DNA from: Azolla caroliniana
Lineage: Eukaryota > Plantae > Polypodiophyta
DNA length: 64,000 bases
Direction: 5' to 3'
Assembly: GCA_043228905.1 (NCBI GenBank)
Contig: JBHGNT010000008.1
Coordinates: forward strand, 12,090,001 to 12,154,000
Shown: positions 11,916 to 24,359 of the stretch, piece after piece
How the letters are laid out: each line of letters opens with the position of its first letter
Position numbering within the stretch: position 1 is the first letter of the stretch
Position numbers and translations under genes: made by a program
The notes under the pieces: model-generated
The model's database searches: none
Told to the model about the DNA's origin: nothing
What the model saw: the letters and a program-made list of their open reading frames with translations, nothing else

Positions 11916-14900
11916 AACGGTCACTACCCGGAGTAAAGCACAGACTACTCAGGGGCAAATCCAGGATGAAGTACGACAGGCAACAAAAGAATGGGTCGAC
12001 ACGGCCAATAAAAATAATGCCGCACGCATGCAAACTGACATGAAGGACGGGCCCAGTGAAGTATCACAAACCCCGGCACCATCCACGTCATCGGAGGACA
12101 ACCAGCTATGGGATGTTCTTACCAACTCTCGCATCTCGCTGCCCCTACATAAACTGCTACCACTCATGCCGAGATTTCGGGACACCCTGGCGGCACTACA
12201 GGCCAATACTAATGCTGTGACACCACCGGTACACCTCACCGAAGCAGGAACCGGTCAACCACTCATGGATTCTCAGAACCCAACCGTGCGAATCATCATT
12301 AAGGGACAAGACCTGCACGGATGCATCATCGACGGCGGATCCGGCGTAAACGTTATTAGCGAATCAACATGTCTCAAACTCGGCCTGAATCAATGGGAAC
12401 CATGCCCCTTTTGGCTTCGGATGGCCGACACCCGCTCCGTTCGCCCCATTGGTTTAATCCGCCATCTCGACTTCACACTCGGCGGCCACATGTTCACGAT
12501 CTCGGCCGTCGTGCTAAGACTGGAGACACAAGGCGCCTACCCAATGTTACTAGGTCGACCATGGTTGCGTACAACGAATATCAAGCAACATTGGCAACGC
12601 AACATGATCTCGTTCCGAAGAGGGAAGACAAAAGTCCGAATCATCACTGAAGAACGAGTACCCATCACCCTCAACACTTCGCCATTATACGCGGAAGGGG
12701 TCCATATGCTCGACGGATTGGCCGATGAGGAGGTCGATGACTTCCTAGATGATCATCCCACGATCATTCCTCTCTTTGAAATCAATGCCTTACCAACCAT
12801 CGAGCCATCTAAAGACGAGGAAGTCACGGAGGAGTCACCACCCCAAGATGAACCCGATGCAACCGCAGTTGCCGAGCTACGTCATGCTCGGGAGGCTTTT
12901 GAACGCGAACTCGTTGTTTCACAACGAGTGAAAACATCAACCCTAGAAACAATAAACCTCGGTTCGGACGAGAATCCCCGTATGGTACAAATTGCCAATA
13001 ATCTACCAACTGGCGAACGGGCATGCCTCGTCAAATTACTCACCGACTACCAGGATGTTTTCGCTTGGTCTTACACAGATATGAAGGGGCTGGATCCTCA
13101 ATACTACCAACATCAAATTCACATCTTACCCGACACTCGGCCCGTTCAGCAGAGGCGCTACAGGATGAACCCCAACTACGCCGCTAAAGTCAAAGAGGAA
13201 ATTGACAAGTTACTCCGAGTGGGCTTCATTCACCTTGTTAAACGGGCTACATGGTTGAGCCCGATCGTAGTGGTCCCAAAGAAGAATGGAAAAATCCGCG
13301 TCTGCGTGGACTATCGGAAGCTTAACGCGGCAACAGTTACCGACGGTTTCCCTCTCCCATTCACGGATAGCGTCCTCGACACGGTAGCCGGCCACAAATG
13401 CTACAGTTTCCTCGATGGGTTCAGCGGCTATAACCAGATAAGAATGCACCCGGAGGATCAGAAGAAAACCGCTTTCGTCACGGAATGGGGCGTTTTTGTA
13501 GCAAAAGTTATGATGTTCGGTCTAAAAACAACGCCGGCTACGTTCCAACGCATCATCACTGAAATCTTTCATGACTACATCCCGGCGTTCATGCAAGTCT
13601 TTCTCGACGATTTCGCCGTGTATGGCCATCGACGGGAACACATGACCCAGTTACGACTCTGCCTGGACCGATGTCGCCAAGCTCGATTGAGTTTAAACCC
13701 GCTGAAATGCGCGTTCTTAGTCACCAGCGGCAACCTTCTCGGCCACATTGTTAGTCAAGAAGGCATCACTATGGACCCGGATAAAGTAAAGGCAATCCTG
13801 GATGCCACCGCACCCTCGAACGCTAAGGCACTAAGCCGTTTTTTGGGACAGATCCGGTGGCACAGCCGAATGATACAACACTTGGCTGATTTCGCGACAC
13901 CCTTACACGTGGCAGTCCATCGCCTTCCTTTCCAATGGACGTCAGTCGAGGACACGGCCTATCAAACCCTCAAACGAATGCTGTCACATGCCCCGGTGGT
14001 CCAGTCTCCGGTTTGGTCCGAACCATTTCATGTCTTCGTAGATGCTTCTGACATCGCCATCGGAAGTGCTCTGATGCAATGCACACCCCCAAATTGGTAT
14101 AGGCCCGTGTACTACGCCAGCCGACGGCTCTCGACCGCGGAAAAGAATTACTCCACCACCGAGCGGGACGCCCTCGGTATGATTTATAGCATCAATAAAT
14201 TTCGGCATTACCTCTTGGGCCGAAAATTTACCTTTCACGTGGATCACTCGGCCCTTATTTATTTGGTCAATAAACAAGCCCTCACCGGACGGTTGGCTCG
14301 GTGGATGCTCCTACTACAAGAGTTTGATTTTCAGATTCAGCATCGACCCGGGGTACAACATGCCGTCGCCGACTACTTGAGCTGTCTTGAGTCAGGAGAA
14401 CCGGCGAAAACAACGTACGACGAGTTACCGGACGCCAGCCTATTTAACCTGACCACGGTACCATACGATAACGGAGATGAATGGATCACGGAGATTACCT
14501 ATTTTCTCACTACTGGTGTACCTCCCGAGCACATGACCCTTGACACAAGGAAACGCCTAATAGTGCATAGCCGGAATTTTTGCCTCGTCTCGGACATTCT
14601 CTACCACAAAGGCTCGGACGGCATATGGCGCCGAGCGATTCGGCAGTTCGAAGAGAACGCCGTTCTTCAGGAAGCCCACCAGGGAGTAGCTAGGGGACAC
14701 TACGCCGGGGATTCCACGGCAAGGAAAGTTTGGCAAAGTGGATTATGGTGGCCAACAACGAAGAAAGATGCTCACGAGTTTTGCAAGCAGTGCGATTTGT
14801 GCCAACGACTGGGGCAACCAATGGAATAGTCACGGATGCCACACCAGTCGATTCTTCCGTTGGACCCATTTCAAAAATGGGGTTTGGATATTGTAGGCCC

Positions 14901-15827
14901 TTTCAAACCACCCGCGGCCCGAACAGGGAATAGATATATTATCGTTGCCATGGATTACTGCACCAAATGGGTCGAGGCTAAGGCACTCCGAGATAACACG
15001 GCGGCATCCACGGCTAAATTTGTGTACGAGCACCTCTGGTGCCGTTACGGATGTCCAATCGAGCTCGTTAGTGACCAAGGTGGGCACTTCATCAATCATA
15101 TAATACGTGAGCTTACACACCACTACGCGGTGGTGCACAAGAAAAGCACACCATACTACCCGCAGGCGAACGGCTTGGCAGAATCAACAAATAAAATCCT
15201 CCAAACCATACTGAAGAAGATCGTCAATGAGAACAGGACCGATTGGGATGACAAACTCCAGAGCGCGCTGTGGGCGTATCGAACGACTTTCAAAACAAGC
15301 ATCCAATCGACCCCCTTCCGAATGGCGTTCGGGTTAGAAGCCGTAATGCCCCTCGAGTTCCAAGTCCGTATCCGAGCCTCCGAGTTCAAGTCAAAGCACG
15401 GCTCCCCGAGTCCGTATCCGAGCAATACCGGCTGGAACAACTCCTCGAACTCGGGGAAGATAGGATAGAGAGTATGGCCCAGCTCGAACAACGCCAACGG
15501 CAACACAAGGCTTTCGTGGATCGACATCGACATGGGCTGGAGAAGGAGCTCACCATCGGCAAACCAATTCTTCTTTTTCAAACACGACTCGGGTCAATGC
15601 CGGGAAAATTAAGATTTCGGTGGACCGGTCCATTCTGGATTATCGACGAGTTCAACGGGACGTTCCAGCTCGGCACACTCGCCGGCGACACGGTCAAAAG
15701 TTGGGCCAATGGTTTTCGGCTTAGACCATATCGAGGGACTACACCAACCAACCCGTTTACCAAGCCACACGGCACCAACGAGACTCGGGAGATCACCCCG
15801 GAGGACGCCACGTGTCCCCCTGCATAA
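11908..15827 (+). pseudogene. pol: pol of element D (PR-RT-RH-INT); 973-aa open stretch, then a stop and a frameshift in INT
   Basis: IIDGGSG protease; RT FLDGFSGYNQI/FLDDF; RH DASD...NYSTTE; INT H-H-C-C, SDQGGHF, GPF motif. Confidence 0.96.
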
Positions 15828-16197
15828 GGACTCACCCACCTCCTTGAAATTAATAAAAGTAGTAGTAGGTAGGATTAACCATAGTTTAGCCACTGTTTAG
15901 CTACACCTACACCGGTCCATTCTGGATTATCGACGAGTTCAACGGGATGTTCCAGCTCAGCACACTCGCCGGCGACACGGTCAAAAGCTGGGTCAATGGT
16001 TTTCGGCTTAGACCATATCGAGGGACTACACCAACCAACCTGTTTACCAAGCCACACGGCACCAACGAGACTCGGGAGATCACCCCGGAGGACGCCACGT
16101 GTCCCCCTACAGAAGGACTCACCCACCTCCTTGAAATTAATAAAAGTAGTAGTAGGTAGGATTAACCATAGTTTAGCCACTGTTTAGCTACACCTAC
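15624..16197. repeat. 287-bp tandem duplication (INT C-terminus plus spacer), ACC microhomology
   Basis: 15624-15910 repeated at 15911-16197. Confidence 0.95.
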
Positions 16198-16706
16198 ACC
16201 ACCCACCTAGACACCCACAAGTTTAGGAGCACCCCTCACCTCCACTCTTAGTTCAAGTTACCTTCAACTCTCTATGCTCCACCCCTCGCCACCACTCAGT
16301 TAGTACCTATTTAAGCTGTTCACACATGCAAACCACATGCAAACCACATGCAAAGCACTAGACGCACCACACTCACCTTGAGGACACGTGGTGCTAGTCA
16401 CTTATTATGGCACCCACGACTCAGAATCTTCAGGATTCGCTGCAGGCACAAAACCCTAGGAACAAGTTACCAAAACCATTTCCAAAACGCAGCACAGACC
16501 ATTATCGCTCTCCATCTCCATTGCTCTCAAGCTCAGAAACCCCGTCTCGCCCTCATCACGCTAAACTCTCTTGCTCTCAAGCCCTCTTTCGCTCTCATAA
16601 CCCCTCTGCTGGACTTCCCCTTCTTGTTGTTCCTCCTGTGTCTCGCCCTCGCCTCATCACTCTTCTTCACGCTTCCACACAATCGAACCCAGCCTCCATC
16701 TCCACT

Positions 16707-19514
16707 ATGCCTCTTACCGCCTCAGCAGAAACCCGCGCCTGGCTCTAGGAACGAGGAATGGGCGGTTACATGCAGATCATCGATGCCCCCGCGCACCCAG
16801 ATGCCCAAACTGTGGCGAAACGTATAAGTCCCGAAGCCATCACCAACAACGTACTTCGGGCTATTTTGGACCTGCAACGGGGAGGGGACCATGAGGTCGA
16901 CATACCCCCGACATCAAAGATGAAGGCGTACTTCGGTGAGTACTCAGCCACAGGGAAGGTATATCGCACGTATGGCGGGCCCAACAAAGCTTTCAGGGAG
17001 ATTGCTCGTATCTTGATGGAGTATGCGTTCGTGCATACAAACCCAACGAGCATGCCGCAGAACAAGGCAGCCATCATCATCATCGCTTATGAAGGAAACA
17101 TAATCGATTGGGGAATCATCACAGGCGAAGGACTCCGCGCCGCCTTAGCTTCATTTCAGTCCGGTAAGAAGATGTTGTTTGTTCTTACCCACTTTTTGAT
17201 GGTGCTATACCCACCCTCTTCGCTTCCTTCCCCTCGCGCACTCACGTCCCCACCACCACCATGGAGGCAGAGAGAGAAATTTGTGGCTATCAGCCACGAA
17301 GCATGGGAGTAGCCCACATCGCCTTCACCCCCTGCCGCCGACTAGAAAACCGCATCTGCTCCACTACCCGCCCAACCCCAACAAAAAAGGGTAGTTTCCG
17401 AGACCTGCCAAGAATGGGAGGGGGAGGTAGCCACGGCAGACAACACGGCCGATGACATCACCATTCGACAGCCAACGTTGCATCCCTCGGTAACGTCCCC
17501 AGGACCTAGCCCACGCTCCAACACACAGCAGGCTGCACCACCAAGACCCCAGAAAAGGAAGCAGGTGGAGGAAACGACACTACCGGCCCCGGAACCACAA
17601 ACACAACCAAGCAAAAGAAGACGACTCAACCGAGAGTCCTCGGAAGAACAGAAGGAGCCACATCAAGAGCAAGCCTTAGTGGTCAGACAGAGCAACCTGG
17701 CCATCACCCCTGCGGAGGCATCACTGAACCAGGGAACGATCGAGCATGGGCAGACAACACAGATCTCGGAGGATGAAGTCCTCGGGTATAAGGACCTCCC
17801 CGCGGAGGCTTACGAATTTAGTGCGCTCTTATGCCTCGGTACGTCATTCGAGTTGGTTGACTTCCTCGCCAGAGCCCAAGTCGCGGCAGCCGCTCGGATG
17901 GCGGAAGAGCACGCCGAAACAAAAATGATTCAACGCGCGCTAATAGGTGAAATTGAGCCCCAGGAGGACAGGGATTTACAAAAAATCGGGAGGAAGAAGC
18001 AGGCAAAATAGGCCGCTCTCCTCATGGGGGTCCCCGAGTTGAACACGGCCCTTATTGAGGCATATCGGAACCTGGATCGCACTACGCGGGCAACGAAAGA
18101 CATGGCCCGAAAGATAAAAGTAGCCCAAAAACAGGCTAAGATGGCTACAGAACTATGGCACGCTGCGAACCAGAAGCTGGCAGCCTGGGAGCAAAACCGG
18201 CCGGAACAACAAGTCTCGCGCCTTCCGGTAATGACCACCGACGCCCTCCCTGCGCCTCCACGCATAACAATGATGGATGAAAGCACCATCACCGACTCCA
18301 TCCTGAAGGTACATGCCAATACACAAACAGACTCGTTACAAATGATCGATGCTTGCACAACAACCGAGGCAGCCACGACCGTGGAGCAAACCGAACTACC
18401 CGCACCTCGTGCAACCAAGGAGGTGGCAACCCAGACAGAACCCCCGCTCCGGGATTACCGTGCGGAGCTTAAAGAAGAACAACGGCGAACCGAGAGACAC
18501 GAACAATGGCATCAAGAGGCGATGGCTCGCCTAAAAGAAGAAGCTTCCAAGCAGATGGCCGGGATAAGAGCCCAGGCCAACCAAAGGATACACGAGCAGA
18601 ACGAAGCACTAGGCTGGGTACAAGCGCAAGCCGCGGCCAAGGAAGCCGAACTCAAAAGCAAGCTGGAGGAATACGCAGCCACAATGGTGAAGAAAGAGAC
18701 AGAGGTTCTAGACCTACAGGCCGCGCTCGACAACGCACACGACTGGAACCAGCGGCAGGAGGAAAGAAATCATGAACGGGAGGAGAGGATGAACGTGGAG
18801 AATACCGAGCTGCAGAGTCAACGTACAACCCTTAAAGAGATGGATGACAAGTTTTTCATCAAATGCAAGCTACTTTCGGAGCAAAAAGACGCCTTATCGG
18901 ATTCCTACTTCGCCCTTCAAGAAGAGAGAATCGTCGAACGGGAACAAATCCTGGCCACGTGTCAGAAAGAACGGGAGCAGGCCACCGAAGAACTCACTAA
19001 GCGTTAGGAGCAGGCTCTCCATCTCGTAACCGCGGATGCAAAGAACAATCAGGCCATCTATGAGCTAAGGACACAGAAGATTCAGGCCGAGGTCGACGGC
19101 TTAAAATAGGAATTAGCAGCCATCCGAGCACAGCTCGGCATGGATGAGACATGCATCCGCATACTGCTCGAGAAACAGCGCCAGCACCTTACCAAAAAGG
19201 TCGAGGAAACATTAAGTCGCGCAGGAGACGAATGGGCAGCCCAAGCTACCGAATTGCATATTTTACGCGCCGACGCCGAGAACCGACGAAAGGAGGGTCG
19301 CGGCTTCTACAAAATGGAGGAAGCCAGCATTCAAAACCTGCGTGCAGATTTAACTGAGGATTACCAGTCCTTGGCAAAATCTCACACCGCGGCAATCGAG
19401 CAAATAATGGAGGACTTCAATGACGATCAGATGTTGGTTCGCCTGGAAGCAGAAGCCTTTGAACGAGAACGACTCGCAGCCATCCCCACCAGCCCTCCAA
19501 CGGCCACAGAGTAG
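16707..19514 (+). pseudogene. Extra sense ORF (ORF3) of element D: globular N-domain, disordered linker, long coiled coil
   Basis: Pieces 16758-17312, 17478-18011, 18024-19007 and 19140-19514; motifs shared with elements E, G, H and F. Confidence 0.8.
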
Positions 19515-19858
19515 AAAGAAGAACCTCCCAGCAAGGAGATGTCGAACATGACATAGGAGGAACTTGCCCCGGCCAACAGACATCCCTTGGACGCCCACAC
19601 GGTACCAGAGCTTGTCGAAGGAGAGGTCAGCACCCACGAACCCACACCCCCACCAGAAGAATCGGCCGCACCTGAGGCGGACGCCTGAGAAGATATGCCA
19701 CCCCTGGACCAAACTCAACCCCCCGCACCGACAGTCCAACCACATGACCTTGCCACCACCCCGGACCCCGAAAGCATCCTCGACATCTTAAAGGAGGAAT
19801 GAAACGAGGATCACGCCTAAAAGGCAATTTTTGTAATATTGTTAGTATTTTGTAAGTC

Positions 19859-19898
19859 GTGGGTCCGACGGACAAGGTCCTGTCCCACGGGTGTGCCA
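19859..19898 (+). other. tRNA-Arg 3'-end mimic / inverted PBS at the PPT position (element D)
   Basis: GTGGGTCCGAC-GGACAAGGTCC-TGTCCCACGGGTGTGCCA, then GG and the LTR TG. Confidence 0.85.
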
Positions 19899-19900
19899 GG

Positions 19901-20356
19901 TGTTGTACAGAGGACAGAAATCTAAAGGTAGGAAATTAGCAAACGCCGAGTCCGAGTATCACGGGCCACCGATGGCTCGGCTGTATGTTAGGGGAAAAGT
20001 TATTTAAACAAGGAGCAGTACCTCAAAAAAGGAGAGAGAAGAAAATTATAGGCGGAAGCACTAGCTTAGTCATTCGAAGTAGATAAACTTGTAAGGTCAC
20101 CGGCCATAGGCCGTGTTCTGTAATCCTTTTCTGCCATAGTAATATATTTTAATTGTGCCTATTTTGCAGCATGAGTCTGTGTTTCAATCTATACCTATGA
20201 GTTTCACGCCGCCACGTCTATCAAAACCTCGCTAGTGTTTTCTCTCTGAGCCCTGTATCTCTCTCGACGCCTCTGTACGAGCCTTCATGTACCACGCCCT
20301 TGAAGACCAATAGACGCAGATCTATCGAAGGTGTTCACCCAAAGGAACGGGTAACA
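19901..20356 (+). repeat. 3' LTR of element D
   Basis: Matches the 5' LTR; followed by TSD CGAAG. Confidence 0.97.
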
Positions 20357-22034
20357 CGAAGAATGAAGACAGACAACCGAAGAAAGAACGAAGCAACGCG
20401 TTCCAACTAAACTATCATCAGAGCAATTTTCAACACTTCGTTTCAGGCACAAAGAATGGCGGAATATCCGATGCCGACGATCAAGAAAATATGCCGATCC
20501 AAGTCTTTGTCAGCCTGTGTAAATGGTTGAAGACAAACGGGCTAGAAAGATACCTCTAGATTTTGCGGATGCTGAACCTCACCCATTAGCGTCCGAGATA
20601 GTAAATGAAATCAACGTCCATAAAATTTCTAACCAACAGGTGCATTGATTCCTCAATCTCAAGAAGGAAGGATACAATATGATGGATTCATTGGAAACAG
20701 AGGTCCTGGAGTCTTATTTCGGACCATATTCACCATCGGACAAATCGTATCGAACATATGGAGGTAAAGACCTTTTCTTTCATGATGTAGTAAAGTTTCT
20801 GTTGGAAGTGGCCTGTGTTAGTCCACGATAGTATTTTATGCCCAAACAAAGGACCAGATTTATAATCGCAACATATGAAGGCTCGAAGGTCGATTGCGGG
20901 TACATCACGGGTGTCACACAATGAGAACAACTACACGGGGTGCAAAATGAAAAACCAATGAAGCCGATTTTTGTAAGGGGGTTGATGGTATTATGTCCCA
21001 CATGACCCACTAATGTGAGATGGAAGACTTCAAGAAAAGAAAAGGGGAAGTCTTCACAAGCATGACCAAAAGAATTGATATGAAGAGCAATACCACGGAA
21101 GGAATGGCAAGAAGAGCCCGAAAGCCGAAACTCAACACCACCCAACACACAAGTACCGGAGTTAGAACCGAACAACAACGGACAACGGGAAGCCGACCTA
21201 CAACAAGAAGAAATGACGACAACACGGCCAGAAGAAGAAGAACAACAACAACAACAAACAGAGAAGGAGAAAGAAGTTCAACAACCAGAGAACAGAAAAC
21301 GACAACTGGAGGAACAAGACCGACCACGAAAAAGGACGAAGTAGGCAACTAATAGAATGAGGCAAGAACAACCACCAACTATGAAGGAAGCGCTAGCAAC
21401 GACTCAGGAAAAGACACCCACAACCGCACTATCAACGACGACCGCACTGGTCAATTCGGTGCCGAAAGAGACTACAACAACCCACACGACAACAGGGCCT
21501 GATTCAATTCCAACTACAATAAAGGAAAAAGGACAAATGTCGGAAGTCGCACCAAGAGACATTTTGTTACAACCCGGCACGCCACCAGTTGTACATGAAA
21601 TAGCTGCCATACTCAGGTTTGGCACATCTTATGAGTTGATAGACTCGTTGGCTAAAAGGTTGCAATTCACGTTAGAACAGCTAGTCCAAGAACACAAGGA
21701 TAGAGAAATGATTCAGATGGTGATGCTAGGAGCATTGGAGCCAGAGGACGAGCGGGAAGTACAAAGAATTGGACGACAACGAAACATTTGAAATAAAGGT
21801 ATGGCCATACAACTTCCTCCTCTTCATATCACTTTGATTCAAACACACCAAGAATTGGCCAAAGCCACACAAGAGGACAAGGACATTGCTATGGTATGTA
21901 AGAGAGCAGAAAAAGCTTCGAAGCAGATGCACAAGGAATTGTCAACAACTAAAAGACTAATGAGGAATTAGCAAGTCGGATACAAGAAGCCGAAACAAAG
22001 CTGAAGTATGTGGAAGAACGACTCCAAGGTTATG

Positions 22035-22517
22035 AATCTGAAAGGTAACAAAGCATATATTCTGAATTGGGAGTACCATACATTGAATGATAAGGACCGA
22101 GCGGATGGAGAAACAGAAAACAGTGTTGACTTCACATATCAGGGCCATGGAGATACTTTGAGTGATGTCATAAACATTGGGGATAATTTCGTTGTAAATA
22201 TAGAAGAAGACAATTTAGAGGGTATTGATTTCTATATATTGAAGTGCACGGTTTGTAAACAATGTGCAACGCAGAATATTGTAGATGCTTGGGGAAGTTT
22301 TGTATCTGCCGGGACATTCTACATCAAAGGTATTTTTTATGCAAGACTGAATGATTACGATTATGTGTATAGGCTTTTAGAAGACAAACCAGTAGCGTAC
22401 ATGTACTCTCATTTGGTCAGGTGCATCAAGGTCCTGATGTCGCAATACAATAGTTGCTCAGATTTATACACAGTTAGTGGTAATGTATATGATGTATTTA
22501 CAATACTATGCCATTGA
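22035..22517 (+). pseudogene. Probable C-terminal fragment of a DNA-transposon protein (possibly Sola2-like)
   Basis: AT-rich ORF (GDNFVVNIEEDNLEGIDFYILKC...DAWG...YMYSHLVR) fused abruptly to the gypsy ORF3; no retroelement motifs; assignment is inference. Confidence 0.4.
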
Positions 22518-23169
22518 ATTTGTAGCTACAAGGAGATCATACCAGTTTCCTTGTAAACTGGACAAAGTAGTTGTATTGCAAAAAAACAGTTTATTTGGGA
22601 GTCTTTTTGTGTTATGATTTCTTAATAAAATCGTGTCTGTTAAATGTGTATTGATTACAATTAATTTTATTGTCAGTTTTACTTATTGCAACTTTCAGTT
22701 TTAGTGTCTGTTCAATGTGCATAATGCCGGTTATACTGGCTGGAATACATTTTGACAATGGTTTTTTTACTCTCAAGTGAACCATGTATAAGTTCAAATA
22801 GTTTGCCATTCTGAGGACAACCAATAGGATAAAATCAGAAATCAATGAACTATTTTAAAATTACACAGTAGATAATTTACTCAAAACAAGCGATTTAATT
22901 CTTCATTGGTTAATCTGTCATAAAATTACATATTTATAATACACCATTGGCAATGTCTACAAAGCACCTATAAATAGCTAAGCTCTTACTGGTCAGTGGA
23001 ACTTCTCTACATATGTGATCTGCATACCGAGCTCAGTATGGTGTCCACAATCATGTAGTTAGTTGACAACTCAATGTTTTCGCCAAGTGTTATCAAGGCA
23101 ATTCGTCGGGTACAATGAGACAACATCTGCGAAGGTTGTAGTAATGCCGGAAATGTTCTGTATCCACAG

Positions 23170-23595
23170 TCAATGTATTGTTGGCATTATATTCGGGCCA
23201 GTATGCCAAAAATCAGAAAGTCTTTTGAATCTTGTAATATCCTGTTGCTCACATATTTCTTGTGTCCATTGACCACTGAAGTGTTGTCGCCACTTTAGGA
23301 AGAATCTTTCTACACACTTCCAAACATCTGAACGTGTTTTTTCACTCCAAATAAACAAATCAAAGTATTGCCCAACCCACTCTAGAAATTGATTCGCGTC
23401 CCTCCTTCGTGTCATATATCGCACACTCATCAGGACTTTATCAAGCTCTAAGATCAAGGCTCTTCTTTCATCTTCTAATGGTTTAAGTTTCCATTCCTGC
23501 AACCAAGCCTCTATTACACCAAGTGTTGGTAGCACATGATCAATTTCAATCAACTCAGGTTCTTTCAACACAATTGGTGTCCTTTTCCTCTTCAA
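23170..23595 (-). CDS. Unknown protein fragment, convergent with the 22035 ORF; probably TE-borne
   Basis: 141-aa protein-like ORF (WLQEW...FLEWVGQYFDLFIW...SDFWH) preceded by a short repeat region at 23600-23720. Confidence 0.35.
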   Translation of the reverse strand: MKRKRTPIVLKEPELIEIDHVLPTLGVIEAWLQEWKLKPLEDERRALILELDKVLMSVRYMTRRRDANQFLEWVGQYFDLFIWSEKTRSDVWKCVERFFLKWRQHFSGQWTQEICEQQDITRFKRLSDFWHTGPNIMPTIH

Positions 23596-23912
23596 ACCCT
23601 TGGTCGACTATGTCTTTGGGTCTGGCTTCACCTTGTTTCGCTCTTGTGTAGTCATTGGGCCTTTCTTCACATTGTTTTGCTCTTGTATAGTTGACTATGT
23701 CATCGGTCCTGACATTACCTTTGTGCATGTAGATACTTCTCTGGTCAATATTAGCCCACTGGTATCACATGCTGCATTGACTTGCAAAATCAGATCATCT
23801 GTGCAACATGCTTGATCTACTTGTGTGACTAGATTAGTTGTGTCAGTTGCTACATCTACTTTCAAGATGAGCCCCTCTAAACATACAACAACATCAACAG
23901 TTTCCACACTAC

Positions 23913-24345
23913 TGTCAGGAACAGTACTAAGACAGAGAAGGAATTAGTACTAAAAGAAGTATTAGTACTAAGAGAGGTGAAGAACTCTCGAGAGAAGGAA
24001 AGAGTGAGTGAGAGGGAGAGAGAGAGAGATCGAGAGAGAAAGAGAGTGATGATAAGAAAAGATATATATTATGTGAAGAGAATGTACAGTAGTAGCTAGG
24101 AGGCTTAAGACTGGCGTTGAACCGATTTCGTTCGAAATAATGCCTCGTGCCTCCTTTTATAGTGTTCTAAAGAATACTCTTGAAGTTTCTAGAATGTTCT
24201 AGAGAAATCTGGAATATACATCAAATTTCTATAATAAAATATAAATGAAAATAATATTCTATGTATTACAATGTATGGTCTAATGGTCAAGAGCTCGACC
24301 CATGTAGCATAAGGTCATGGGTCCGAGTCTTGCCATATCATGACA
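23913..24345 (-). repeat. 3' LTR of chromovirus 1 (433 bp)
   Basis: TGTCA...TGACA ends; PPT AGAGGGGGGATAG adjacent on the minus strand. Confidence 0.95.
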
Positions 24346-24359
24346 CTATCCCCCCTCTA

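Larger units (their letters stand above)
9915..20356 (+). mobile_element. Complete Athila/Tat-like (OTA) Ty3/gypsy element D, 10.4 kb, TSD CGAAG
   Basis: 456-bp LTR pair, CGAAG on both sides (9910-9914 and 20357-20361), Arg PBS, gag-PR-RT-RH-INT and an extra 3' ORF. Confidence 0.97.
5983..22030 (+). mobile_element. Old Athila/Tat-like gypsy element H (RH-INT 5983-9540, spacer, extra ORF ~20456-22030), interrupted by copia B, a solo LTR and element D
   Basis: RH (NKFRHYLLGRKFTFHVDHSAL), INT HHCC and core (KWGLDFV, ELVSDQGTHF, GPFW). The extra-ORF homology (FGTSYELIDSLA) resumes after the TSD of element D. Right boundary is approximate. Confidence 0.85.

Noticed and set aside
11900-11920. Programmed gag-pol frameshift in element D
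   Set aside because: There is no slippery site, and the related element G appears to be in frame across this position, so it is probably a mutation.
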